From Vicugna vicugna (taxonomy: Eukaryota): a stretch of DNA of 64,000 bases. A program made the translations under genes and the position numbers. The DNA is taken from NCBI GenBank assembly GCA_013265495.1, contig MU063896.1, forward strand, positions 16,115,140 to 16,179,139, in the 5' to 3' direction. The notes under the pieces were generated by a model that worked only from the letters and a program-made list of their open reading frames with translations, made no database searches and had not been told where the DNA came from. Below, piece by piece: positions 1-14,000 of this stretch (its first letter is position 1; each line of letters opens with the position of its first letter).

Positions 1-2001
1 TTTCCAGGAGTCTCATAGTATCTGTTCTGCGCTTAATTTTCCTCATGGTTCTACGGCAGTAATAATCGTAAACCTCTCTCACACCTTTAACAAACAGCTC
101 TGCATAAGAACTGTCTTCTCCGTAGTCATTGACTACTTTGCATCTGTAGGTACCGTCATCGAATTTGGTAATGTCTTTGACATACATGGTGGCCACTCCA
201 TCCGCATAGGTGATTTCATATTTCTCACTGTTCTCCAGCTGTCTGACACCAAAGTACCAAGTCACCTGGGTAGACTGATCATAATTTTCAATTTTGCATA
301 CGTATTTGACGTATCCTCCTTCTTCGCCGACTGCATGCATTATCTGCCCAGAAACTGGGCCGATTTCAATGGATGCCACTTTAACTTTAGCAACGCTCAC
401 TCCCTTTTGAGATCGAACTGCACCACCACAGGAGATCCGGGCTGCTGACACAACCATGTTGAGGTCTTTCTTGATCAGGGTGTGGTAGTAACGTCGGTGT
501 TTCAATGTCCGGATAACTTTAGTACTGACTCTTTCTATCTTCTGCTTCAGCCATGGGTGCTGGAGGGCCTCAGAGGCTGTCATGCGAGATTTTCTCTCTT
601 TCACTAACAGCCGGTCAACAAAGTCCATGGCTTCAAGGCTGATCTCTTTGAATGCCTCCTCATCAAAAGTATATTCTGCATTCATGATGTTCTCAATCAT
701 CTGTTGGTTAGTCTCAGCCAGGAATGGATTGATACCACTCAACAGCACATACACCAGTGTTCCAAGTGACCACATGTCTGTGGCTGTGCTGACAACATCA
801 TGCTGGTGGACTTCAGGTGCATAGTATTCAGGGGCAGTGAACAGAAGCCTAAAGTTGTCCCCAGGCTTCAGCTGACGGGCTTGACCAAATTCTATGATTT
901 TAATGATGGAGCTCCTTCTTGTCTGGTAAATGATATTTTCTGGTCTGATGTCAAAGTTTCCAATATTATGACTGTGTAAGAACTCAAGTGCTTCGCAGAC
1001 CTGGCGAACATAACTTACAATTTCTCTTTCATTAAGTTCAAAAGCACTCGTGTTAATGCGTTCAAATATGTCAAGTCCTGATATGAACTCAAAGATCATA
1101 ACTAATTCTTCCATGCTTTCAAATGATTCATGGAGGTATAAGATGTTGCGGTGCCTAGCAATGTTTAGAATGGAAATTTCTTTCTTTACCAAAACCTGAT
1201 CAGTCCCTTTGACTTTAACAAATTTGGCCATGTATGTTTTCTTTGAGGAGGTCTCAATACAACGGTGGACAATTCCAAACTGACCACGCCCAAGATCTTC
1301 GGCAATCATGTATTTCTCGTAGAGTTCCTTGGTTTTAGAGTGAGACGCTTTAGTCATAGAAACTTCTCGGGTTTCGTCTACCTCTTCATCATAGTTCATT
1401 GCTCTGGTCTTATCTTCTTTGGTTATGGTTGGTTCTGAAGGCTCGGAAGGCTTGCTCAGGCCAAACTTATTTTCAGCTATTACACGGAACTGGTAGCTTG
1501 TTTTTCCAAATAAGTTGATGACAGTATAACGTGTTTCTCGGGCCTGTCCTACACGGATCCATCTTTCTGCAGTAGTTGCACATTTTTCAACAATGTAGTT
1601 GGTGACTTTGCTGCCACCATCTGAAGCCGGCTCAGTCCATGTTAAGTTGACAGAATCTCGTGAGACGTCACTAACTTTGACTCCTCGGGGTGGGTCGGGA
1701 ACATCAGCCACGTCCAGTTCAACTGTCTTCTGATCGATTCCGAATCTGTTTTTAGCACAGACCACATAGAAACCAGCATCTTTTCGCTCCACTCCATTGG
1801 GGAAGACAAGTGACGTGAAAGATCTTGTGACAATAACTTGATAGTGGCCATTGTTGTCAATGAGATCTTGTCCTTTCTGCCAGGTGATCACTGGATCTGG
1901 TTTGCCACTGAAAGGGATCTTGATGCTGATCACCTCACCTCGGAGAGCATGAACTGCTCCCATGCCTTCCAGAGTTTTAGGCAAGTGTATCTTGGCTGGA
2001 A
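1..2001 (-). CDS. TTN: TTN exon 358 (Mex1), partial: Ig A169, Fn3 A170, NL linker, kinase, regulatory tail, Ig M1; continues past position 1
   Basis: Acceptor cag|TTCCAGCC at 2001. Translated by hand as [15 protein letters not shown]...[15 protein letters not shown]...TMRLLE with no stop. Missing from the ORF track because it runs off the window. Confidence 0.97.
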
Positions 2002-5000
2002 CTGTATCAGAATAAAAGAAGGAAGAACATAATTTAGTAATACCCAGCACTAAGAATAACACCTCCCACTCGATTATTAATATGTAATCTAGCGCCAAAC
2101 AGATGTTTACTGATTTGTTTTTACCTTCCACTTCCAAGGAGGCAGTGCCAGACACAGATCCTCCTTGGTTGGTGGCTCTGACTTGGTAAACTGTGGCATC
2201 ATCATCTGTGACACTTGCAATGATGAGCTGGTGGTAGCCACCCTTAAACTCTTGAATTCTGTACTTTAATCCATCTGCGATGATTTCTTTGCCTTGTCTG
2301 TACCATTTCACAATAGGTTTCGGATGCCCAGTCACTTTGCAGACCAATGTAGCGTTGCTCTGATATCTGACATTTAGATTTCTCAGTTCCTCTTTAAAGT
2401 GTGGGGCCTGAATGGGGACATCAGATTTGGGAGTGACAGGTTCTGATATTTCACTCCATTCACTTTCCCCACCAAGGTTTTCACATTTCACACGGAACTC
2501 ATATTCAAGACCTTCAATAAGGTTTTGCACTGAAAAGACGGTCTCTCGAATTTCATNNNNNNNNNNNNNNNNNNNNNNNNNNNNNNNNNNNNNNNNNNNN
2601 NNNNNNNNNNNNNNNNNNNNNNNNNNNNNNNNNNNNNNNNNNNNNNNNNNNNNNNNNNNNNNNNNNNNNNNNNNNNNNNNNNNNNNNNNNNNNNNNNNNN
2701 NNNNNNNNNNNNNNNNNNNNNNNNNNNNNNNNNNNNAAGCATTTGACTCATGAGATGAAACAAACAGCTTTGTTAAAAACTTTTAAAAAAAAAATAAAAT
2801 GTTATGAACCTAATGTTTTATTAAGGATAGCTATTACAGAAAAGTGAAGTTGGTTACTTTATGCTAAGAGACTTATCAAAACACAAAGTTCCTTTTAAAG
2901 ACAAAGGGGTAAGATATTAGATACACAGAAATTCAGTTTAATTGAGATAAAGGCACTTGTCCCTTATCTAAATCTTTGCTATTTCCTTTCAAACTTGTTT
3001 CTGTTAAAAAAAGTTTTCTGTAAGAAAATCAACTTTTGGTTACCAGTGGAGAAAGGGAGTGTGGAGGGATAAATTGGGAGTTTCGGATTTGCATGTACTA
3101 ACTACTATATATACAATAAACAACAAGGTCCTACTGTATAGCACAGAGAACTATATTGAATATCTTGTAATAGCCTATAATGAAAAAGAATGTGAAAAGG
3201 AATATATATATATACGTGAATCACTATGCTGTACACCAGAAATTAATACATTGTAAATTGACAATACTTCAATTAAGAAAATAAAATAAAATATAGGAGC
3301 AAACAGTAATGAGGTATGTTCAAGTTTGGAATGTGACAGACAATGAAGATTAGTTTTTAGGTATATTGAAAGAATATTGAAAGACTGATCTTTATGAAAC
3401 ACTGAGGTCTAAAATTATTTGCACAGATGTTTGTTAAATATACTAGTCAAGAGTTTAAAATGTTTGACAGTTGTTAAAAAAAAAAGTCTCATGTAAAGAT
3501 GGAATTTTGTCCTGTGAAGATTGCAGAGGTTGGCTGTACAAGAGTTTGTACTCACCAAATGGACTCTTAATGATCACAACTGAGGAGACTTCTAGAGGAN
3601 NNNNNNNNNNNNNNNNNNNNNNNNNNNNNNNNNNNNNNNNNNNNNNNNNNNNNNNNNNNNNNNNNNNNNNNNNNNNNNNNNNNNNNNNNNNNNNNNNNNN
3701 NNNNNNNNNNNNNNNNNNNNNNNNNNNNNNNTCACATTTCTCCACCACGTAATTGGTGATCCAGGAGCCTCCGTCATCTGCAGGTGGTTTCCAGCTGATC
3801 ACCACAGAGTTCTTCAATAGCGCTTCAATCACAATTGGTCCTGTAGGTTTGTCTGGTTTATCTGTTGGAGGAAAATACAATTATAGTGTATCTCCCAAGA
3901 TTTTGTTTGTTTTCTTTAAAAATGAAAACCACTGAAATTGAAAATGAAATACCTTGTATTTCCACATCAAGGATGGTATCCACTGTTCCAAGAATGTTGC
4001 TGAGCTGAACCTTGTATTTCCCAGCATGAGTCTTGCGTTGGACGTTCTTCATGACGAGATGAGTGTAGTGCTCAGTGTTTTCAATAGTAATGTTTTCTGA
4101 GTTTTGCAGAAGTTTCTGGCCGTGGAACCAAGTGATGGCAGGTATGGGACGACCAATGTACATAACATGAAGTCGAAGGGTGGAGCCCACAGCACCATAA
4201 TATTTCTCTTTCAGTGGGTAACCGGGATGGAATTGCGGTGTGGCTTGCAGGAGAAGCTTGCTGCTGGTTTCTACTTCTCCAACCTCATTGGTGGCTATGC
4301 AAGTATAAACACCTTCATCTTCTTGTTCCTCTGTCATTACTGTCAGAGTATGTGTGCGTCCATCTGAAGACATTTTGTACTTCCGGCTTTGTATGAGCTC
4401 CTTACCAAATCGGTACCATTTAATGTCAGGTAGGGGCCTCCCAACAATCTGGCATGACAGCTGAGCTGCTTCGCCCAGTTTGGTGGTAACGTCTTTCATT
4501 TCTTTGCGTACTCCTGGGGCTTCTCCAGCTGAAGGATATGGAGGATAACATTAATGCATTGTTACTACTGGATCTGTAATTGTCTGTCATTGTACATCAG
4601 GAATGAATTCATCCTATTGACTAATACTTTATCAGACACCATGATTTATATATGAGTCTAATTCTTAGAAAGTCTTCACAGTGATTGGGGGGTCATCTGG
4701 AAAACAAGGATTCCATGAGCACATCGTCACGTTATTATGTAGAGTGACTTTTTGTGATTGTGGGGCATTAACGAGGTAAAAGGGCTCGGGGAAATCTGAG
4801 TTCTCTGTAGATGTGTAGTATCTTTGCCCTTACTTAGGTTCACGGAAGTACATTTGTTGTTCACTTAAGTATGCTTGTTGACCCTTCAAGTCATATTAGG
4901 TGTATTGAAAAAAAAAACCCGACTGTATTCAAGGGAGAAATTGCTTGGGGGATATGCTTGTTCACTGCACCTTACAGTCCGCTGCTGAGGTTATGTGCTT

Positions 5001-8000
5001 GGAATGAAATGACTTCCTATAGAACCTATCAGCTATTCCCTGTGTGTGCATATGTCAAAGTGAGTGATTTCTTTCCAAACACTTGCTCTCCAATAAAGGT
5101 TTGTGGAGATCTACTTAGTGTAGAAGAAGAATTAGCCTTAACATGTTGTTTAGTTATGCAAACCATAAGCAGAGAACTAATGGCTACTTACATGTCAGCT
5201 TCGTCTTTACAGACATAGCAGTTCTTCGAGGTCTGCTCAGCCCCGTCTCATTCTCAGCGAAAACCCTGAATTCATATTCTGTGGCTTCTAGCAAACCCCC
5301 GACTGTGAATTGCCTGTCTTTGATGCGGTCCTTACTGCTCTTCTTCCAGGCACTGTCTCCAGATTGTCTATATTCAACCCAATATCCAAGGATTTCTTTG
5401 CCACCATCACATTCAGGTTTCTCCCATTGTAGGGTGACACTGTCTTTGGATATTGAAAGAATCTCAAGTTCTCCAGGCTGGCTTGGCTTATCTGAAATAT
5501 TTTAAAACAGGTGAAAAGGAAATCAGCTTTCTGCTGAAATAAAAGAAGGCCAAAGATGGCTTCCCTCTCTGATTCTAACCCCTTCAGAAACCCTCTCCTT
5601 ACCAAATGGATCTTTGCAAACAACTGGTTCAGAGGGAGGGCTGGTCTCGCTCAGGCCAACGTCATTCTGTGCGATGATGCGGAACTGATACTCAGCATCA
5701 GGAACGAGCCCGGTGACAGTGTACATTGTGGTGGTGATCTGAGTCTTGTTGTGTCTGACCCACTTGTCAGTTGATGTCTCCTTGCGTTCGATGTAATAGC
5801 CTGTGACTCGAGAACCACCATCATCTTTGGGTCGGGACCAGGATAGGCTGACAGAACTCTTGGTCACATCGAGTACTTCTGGAGGATTGCTTGGAGGCTC
5901 TGGAGGGTCTGGGTGTATAAGTGGAAAACACACGTGTTAGAGCACAGTCCCGAATCTTGTAAGCTGGCGGCTTTCATTTAGAAACAAAAGAGGATTTTTT
6001 ACAGTGTTGTGGTTGGAAAACTTACTCAGTGGTGTTTTTGGTATGACTGGTTCCTCCGATTTCAAGGGTTTGCTTATTCCAAACTGGTTTTCCGCTGAAA
6101 CACGGAAATGGTATTCCACGTTTTCTTTGAGGCCTTTTACCACCAGAGATGTACCCCGGACTCTGGAATCGATAGTATACCAGGCAGCTTTAGGCACTTC
6201 TCGTCTCTCGAGGATGTAGCCTAGGATGTCGGCACCACCATCGTCGGCAGGGGCTCTCCAGCTGACCCTCACAGAGCGAGCTTGTATGTCGTCATATTCA
6301 AGTGGTCCTTCTGGAGTGTTGGGATTTCCTATCACCCTGACCTTGATGTAAACAGCCTTCTTGCCACATTTGTTTTCCAGAACCAGGTCATAAGTGCCAG
6401 AATCATCCCTGTCTGCTTCTTTGATTACAAGCTCAGTGTGTGTTTCAGAGGTGGCAATCATGGCACGCTTGCTAATATCTTGGCCTTCCTTGGTCCATTT
6501 ACATATTGGGAATGGTTTTCCTTTGATTGGTATGGTAAGTCTGATGACTCCACCTTGTCTTACACAGATACCTTCCTGGTATCTTTCATCAAGTTCATAA
6601 TCAGGATATTCTGGGGAAAAAAGTAGGATTACAGTGAGCATTTTGGGGGGCAAGTGTAGAAAATAAGTCTTAAGGCAACTGCAGAAGAAAGTAAATGATC
6701 ACATGTCTTACCAAGCATTTCAGTGACTTTGACTGTTCCTGGCACCTCAGCGGGCTCCCCGGGTCCACCAGCATTACAAGCTAGGACACGGAATCTGTAT
6801 TCGGCGCCCTGAGGTAGGTGTGTTAGAGTATACTCCCGAATCTTGGTTGNNNNNNNNNNNNNNNNNNNNNNNNNNNNNNNNNNNNNNNNNNNNNNNNNNN
6901 NNNNNNNNNNNNNNNNNNNNNNNNNNNNNNNNNNNNNNNNNNNNNNNNNNNNNNNNNNNNNNNNNNNNNNNNNNNNNNNNNNNNNNNNNNNNNNNNNNNN
7001 NNNNNNNNNNNNNNNNNNNNNNNNNNNNNAGACAACAACATACTTGTTAAAGTTGTTTCAGGGCTGAAAAATGTGCCACCTAACAAATTCAGAGAGTTGC
7101 GGAAACATGGAATGTAAACATTAGAGTATTTTTCATTTTGTAACAATTTAATTCATTTTATCAGTGAAAATCACTTAAAGCTCTTGCTTTTTCCTTTATC
7201 TTATATGTGCTTTATTTATGATCACTACTACTATCTTCATATTTATCAGATTTTAAAGTGCTTCCAGAAATATTAACTTGCTTTACAATTTTAACTGTGA
7301 TGTAGGGCATATATTGTGAGTCCCACTTTAAAGAGGGAGAAAGAGACTCAAGAGAAGAATATAAGAAGTTATTTGTCAAAAGCTGCTAGGGCTGGAGCAG
7401 AGAGGCCATTGATGGCAAAGGGATACAGGTGAACTTTTATTTTTTGATTGTGGTGGTGCTTATACAACAGTACATTTCCCCAAACTTACAGAATTACATA
7501 TTTCAGGAGGGTGAATGTTACTACATTAAAGTATACCTCAGTAAACTTATACAAAACACATTTACCAATTGGATCCATGGCAACGGTGGGTTTGGAAGGA
7601 CGGCTTGGTTTTCCACTTCCTCTCGCGTTAATGGCTGTGACACGGTGTTCATATTCTAAGCCTTCAATAAGGCCAGTGGATCGGTACCGCGTCATCGTCA
7701 CTGGTACTTTATTTACCCGGACCCACCGGTCTGCTCTCACTTCTTTGCGCTCCACAATATATCCAGTTACTTGGGCGCCACCATCATCTTCTGGTGGGTA
7801 CCAGGTAAGTGTCATGCCATCACGGGAGACATCAAATATCTGTAATGTTTCTGGAGGCCCAGGAATACCTGCAGCAGGACAGAAGTAAACACAACATGGC
7901 AGTAGCAATAAATTAAAAACTCATAGATTTGTGTAAGTTTGTCTCGTATATACCATTTAAAAATGGTATCTAAGACTCTTGTGACTATTTTTCTAGTGTT

Positions 8001-11000
8001 TTCCTTTTTGTACTTGGTGTTCCTCATTTATTAAGCAAGTACTCTATTTTTTCTCACTATGACACTCCTCCCTCTCCCCTTCCCTCCCTCCCTCCTTTCC
8101 TCCCACCCATCCTTCCCTAACTCTCTCCTCCTCTCTTTCTTTTCATTAAAATAATTTTTAACCCTGTTGAAAACAAACAACAAAAGGAGGTTTAGGAACT
8201 TGAGAAAGACCCTGGGGTCAATTTTGTGACCTATTTTTTCTGACATTAGGGCATATTAAAAACAAATTTGTTTTTGTAAACATTTAGAATCAGAATTGGG
8301 GAGAATGGTGGAAGGGTCCAGGGACTTACTGATCCTGCTGCGACATTCTATGACCTCAGACTGCAAGTAGGAGCCAATTCCGAAGCGGTTGGTCGCAGCC
8401 ACACGGAACACATACTCATTTCCTTCAATGAGTCTGGTAAACTTAAAGGTTGATCTAGTCACTGATTCAGACACTGGCAGCCATCCTGGACGATGGGCAT
8501 CACGTTGCTCTACCACGTAACCGCTCAGTGGAGCACCGCCATCCAGTTCAGGTGGTTCCCAAGAAATGGTAACTGAAGTAGCATCAATTTCATCAATCTT
8601 GATAGGCCCAGTTGGTGGACCAGGCTTGTCTATGAAAGAAAAAGGAAGCCAGGAAATTAACTTTCACTTCAAATCAAAATTAGGTGACTGAACATCAACA
8701 ACTTGCTTTTGCCTTTGTCCCACATCCTTACCAAGAATGGTAACTTTAATGGTCTCTGAAGTAGTTCCAGTTGCATTCTTTAGTTCAAGTATATATTCTC
8801 CAGTATCTCTGATAGTGGTTTCACGGATGGTTAATTTGGCTACCTTAGTACGAGTTTCAACTGTGACACGCTCTGATTCTCTTAGTTTAGACCCAGCAAA
8901 GAACCAGGAAGCAGTAGGTGGTGGGCGACCAGCGATCGGTATCACCAGCTCCACTGGTCTGCCGGCTGGGACGTGGACAGTCTTTTGAGGCATTGTAGAA
9001 AGATCGATTGTTGGCAACACTATGAGAAAGAGAGGAGATATTTACTCTTAAGTATTGTTTCTAATGACAAAGTGTTATGAATTCTTTGTATTTCCTTCAA
9101 TTTACATTACTGTTACTGTTATTTTTTGGTGATTTGGTACATACCTTTGAGGTCTTGTACGGTCACAGCTGTGACGATCTCTCTAGGTTCCGACACACCT
9201 TTCTCATTTTGTGCCCTTACTCTAAATAAGTACTCTTCACCTTCATTTAAGGAAATAACAGTGTGCTCTAGGATGGTGGGTTTTAAGGTGACAACCTTCA
9301 TCCATCTCTCAGTGCCAGCTTTGCAGGCCTCAAGAACATATCCAGTGAGTCGGCTGCCACCGTCGTAGAGTGGTTTTTCCCAGGCAAGGCTAACAGTTGA
9401 TTTGGTGACATCGACCACGTCTAGCTTCGTAGGCGCCAAAGGCACTTCTGAGACCAGAACCGCATCAGATGTTTCACAGGGTTCTCCAATGCCATAAATA
9501 TTTTCTGGCAACACTCTGAAATAGTACATGGTTCCTTCTATGAGTCCGGAGATTCTGTAGAGTGTCTTGCTGCATTTGGTAGTTACTGTTTTGAATGCTC
9601 TCATGGCAGCTTCACGCTTCTCAATAATGTAATTGCTGACAGGAGCTCCACCATCAATTGTGGGAATTTCCCAAGTAATGGTCACAGAATCTCTTGATAC
9701 TTCCTTAACTCTCACTGAAGGACAGGGACCAGGAGTATCTAAAAAATAGAATGAAAAATACATGCTTCTTACTCGCCTGATGGGTTGACTGAGTTCTCTT
9801 GCAGGAAAATATATTCAACGTAGTTACTTTCTAAAGAGGTGATCAGTCACAGTAAAAAGATACACAAGGTATATATACACTATATATATACACAGCATAG
9901 TCAAAGACAAATGCTTACCGTATACTTTAACAAGGACTGTTGCTGATTTCTTGCCAGATTGATTTTCGGCTTCAATGGTGTATTTGCCAGCGTCGTACCG
10001 GTTAACTTTGTCCACAATAAGTAAAGAGTAACTCTCAGTGGTGTCAATGATCGCCCGGCTTGCAAGGTCAATGCCCTTCTTGCTCCATGTGATGACGGGA
10101 GGTGGTCTTCCAGATACAGACACCATCAGCCGCAATGAAGCCCCAGCTCTGATGGTCACAGTCTTCTTTAAATCATCTGCAAGCTCAAGATCTGGTATTT
10201 CTGGAAAGTTAACGTCAAAACTTAATTAATTCTTGAACAGGTATGATGAGAAGATAATTCACCAAAAAGCTAATCTTATAAATACCTAGTCTTTCCACGG
10301 GCTCAATTTCAGCAGTTGACTCGCTGTATTCACTCATACCCTTCACATTCACAGCTGCAACTCTGAAGGAGTATTTCTGGCCCATTTTAAGGTCCGTCAC
10401 AGTGAATTCATTATTTCTTATTGTGGCCTTGGTATGCACTCGGTACCACTGATCAGTATCCTTCTCTTGCATTTCAAGAACGTATCCTATGATGTCAGTG
10501 CCACCATCATACATGGGCTTGGTCCACGCTAAACTGATGCTGTGTTTGGTGGTATCTACGACTCTTGGAGCAGAAGGTGGTCCAGGGGTATCTGTGGAAT
10601 TTTAAAAGGGGATGTGGATATTACATAAATAAGGAATCTTTGAGATTTGTATTTTTGATTTTCAAAACTCACTAAGGCATTATTCTTTGTCCACACTCAC
10701 CAAGATGATTATCTTGTACTGTAACTAGGCTTTTCTGACACTACGGGACAGCAGTGTATGCTCTATTATTACCATTACTATTTTAAGAATTATACTTCTT
10801 TAGAAAGGTGGATATTTCTTTCTTCACTTTGGCTAGCCATCTGTGTCCTGCTAGCTAAACTCATTGCTTATCCATTCTCAAGAACTTTTCTTTAGTTGCT
10901 CAGCTTTCGACAGGTTAATATCACTTGTAACCTGTACATTTCTAAAAAGTATAGAAGTCAGTTTTCTATTTCCCCTATTCAGACCCAGTCACTTACTCCT

Positions 11001-14000
11001 TTTAGTTCTTGGGCTTAAACTCTGTACAATGATTTGCCACTTATTTTTGCAGCTCTCGTGATTTACCACTTATTTTCAAAACTCTGGTGGCAATTTCTTT
11101 GTTAGGTGCTTATTGAAATACTAGAAACCTGATGCTCTGCTAAGCCTCTTAAGGGAAACTTTGTCTTTTTTCTTTTTAGTAGTTACGTCATTACAGTGAA
11201 TTTTTATCCTTATTAGGAAGATTTGTAAAATATAACCCTTTCACATTGGTAGTAGAATAATTTCTTTTTTTCATAGATTGGAAAATACTGCAACAATTTT
11301 CAGCTACTAACTTATCAACAGAAGTGGTAGTTAAAATGTTCTCTATCTTAGGCTGTATTTAAGATCTTCCTAATAAGTATGTGCCTTTCTAGACCATTCA
11401 TAAATTCTACAGGTTCTTGGAAATGGCACGTTGGAAAATTATTTGTAATACGGTTTTGATGGGCATTAGTTTTCTGTTTTTCTCGGAACTCACATGATGG
11501 TTCTCTGCATGAGATAAAGTTGGACGCTTCACTGGGTTCACTGTTACCAGCAGCATTTACTGCGGTCACCCGGAACTGGTAATCACAACCTTCCATCAGG
11601 CTAGTCACCTTCAGCCTGGTATCATACACCACATAGTCCTTGTTGACACGTGTCCAGCGCAAGCTCTTCTTCTCACGTTTGTCTACGAGGTAGTTTCTGA
11701 TCTCATTGCCGCCATCAGATTCAGGTTTTGTCCACTGAATGATGATATGCTCCTTGCCAGCCCCGACTTCTTCAGGTATGCCAGGTTGTGATGGAATAGC
11801 TGTTTATGGTTTTATGAAAATAAAGGGATGATCAGAATTACACAAAATCACTCCTGGTGTGACTGTCCTCCCCTTCCCCTGATCCCATTACATTTCAACC
11901 ACCAAGTTGTTTAAAAGTGTTAATACTCACTGAATGAGTTTCTGGCCACAATTGGCTCTGATTCAACAGGCACACCAGGGCCATATTTGTTTACTGCCCG
12001 CACTCGGAATATGTATTCGTTGTTCTTGATGAGTCTAGTAACTACATGGGATAGGGTTGGGCATTCGCCTTCAACAATCACCCAGTTGAGCCTGCTAGTC
12101 TCGCGTCTTTCCACAAGGTAGTGAGTTATTTCTGCTCCTCCATCTTCCTGAGGAAGGCTCCAGGCCAAAGTGCACTTCTCCTCTGTGACTCTGCTGACGG
12201 TGAGCTTTCCACATGGGCCAGGGGAATCTAAAACAGGTTAAGGATGAGCAAGGATGAGGATCTTTCTTTCTGCTCACGCTTGAGAATGCTATGCAAATCA
12301 AAGATCATTGAACATGCTTACCAAGAACTTTGACCACAACAGACACGGACTTGGTCCCACTGGCATTCTTAACTGTTAAAGTGTATTTTCCACTGTCGCT
12401 TCTGTCACAGAACTTGATCACAGCAGTTGCTCGTTTGCCAGTGTACTGCAAAGAGACTTTTTCACAGAGCTCTAGTTCCTTGTCTCCTTTGGTCCAGATA
12501 ATTTTGGGTTCAGGTTTGCCACCAACTGCGGCATCAAGGACAAGATCCGAGCCTGCTCTGATGGTAACCAGATCACCCTGTAATCTGGCATCCAGTTCGG
12601 CTTTGGGTGGAGCTGTCATAGGCAAAACAGATGTGAGTAAACATAGGATAGTTTATTTTCACAGAAATTATGATAATTTAAAGGGAGAACATTGACTTTT
12701 TTTTTTTTTTTTTTTTACCATATTCATCTCGGCAAGTGACGGGGCCTGTAGATTCTGATCCTTTGCTGATTACGCCTGCTGCGTTCTTGGCTAATACACG
12801 GAATTCATAGGTATCTCCTTCACTGAGAGCAGTAACGGTGAAGAAATTGTCAGATACGATGGTATAGTTGCACTTCAGCCAGCGACCATCTCCAACTTCA
12901 CTGACCGGCTTTCGCTCTATGATATAGCCCACAACCTTGCTGCCTCCGTCATACACGGGGGCAGACCAAATTAGTGATACTGTTGATCTTGTGACATCTG
13001 TCACCTCTGGTCTTCCTGGTGCATCTGGAAGTGATGCAAAAATAAGGTTAAAAAACGCAACTCTGAATTCTGCTAGTACCAATAATAATGATGATGGTGG
13101 TGATTAATAATAATAATGGACAACAAATGTACCCTTAAATTTTGATACCTACCAACTGGGTTTTGAGCCATCATAGGTCTTGAAGCTTCGCTGGCTTTGC
13201 TAACACCTGCGGCATTGAGTGCATACGTTCTGAACTGATATTCCAGTCCTTCTACCAAACCGGTCACTTTGTAGTTGCACTCTAAGCATGGCACTTTGTT
13301 TTCTTTCGCCCAGAGAATGGTGTTACGTTCTTTCTTCTCAACCCAATAGCCAATGACTTTACTGCCACCATCATGGTAGGGTTCTTCCCAGCGAATAGAC
13401 ATGGCATTGGCAGACACGTAGTAGACCTCAGGTCTGGTAGGTGCACTTGGTGGGACTAAATATAAACAGAGGCATCAAATGTGAATACAATTTTAGAAAA
13501 TTTAGGGGAAATATTTAAATCATAGAGACTTGGAAATATGATTTTCATTTTTCTTACCAAATGGATGCTCAGCAATGACTGGTGCTGATTCTAGGGGCTT
13601 GCTGACACCAAATCTGTTCTCTGAACTGACACGGAAAGAATATTCCATGTATTTTGTAAGATGAGTGACTTTAATCTGAGTGCGCTTGACACTGGAATTG
13701 ACGAGCTGCCAAGCTGTTGTACCCGACTCACGCTTTTCAACTATGTAATTAGTAATATCGGTGCCTCCATCATCTTGAGGTTCAGCCCATGATAGGACAC
13801 ATGATTCAGCTGAGATAGATGAGACCTCGATGGGGCCAGTTACTGGACCTGGTCTTCCGATGACCACAACTGTGACGGTAAATGTTTTAACACCAGCTGT
13901 ATTTTCCAGGGTCAAGAAGTACCTTCCAGAGTCACCTCTCATGCTGTCCTTTACAGACAGGGTGGTTCTGTCTTTTGTTGTTGTGATACTCACTCGATCT

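Noticed and set aside
1276-1293. Glycine loop GRGQFG versus recalled human GRGEFG
   Set aside because: A variable position of the GxGxxG loop, and I cannot establish that Gln is unusual.
3175-3402. Short ORFs over 3059-3402
   Set aside because: They fall in an AT-rich L1 3' UTR fragment and flanking intron.
13456-13465. MEF2-like CTAAATATAA
   Set aside because: Overlaps the exon 340 acceptor in AT-rich intron and is expected by chance.
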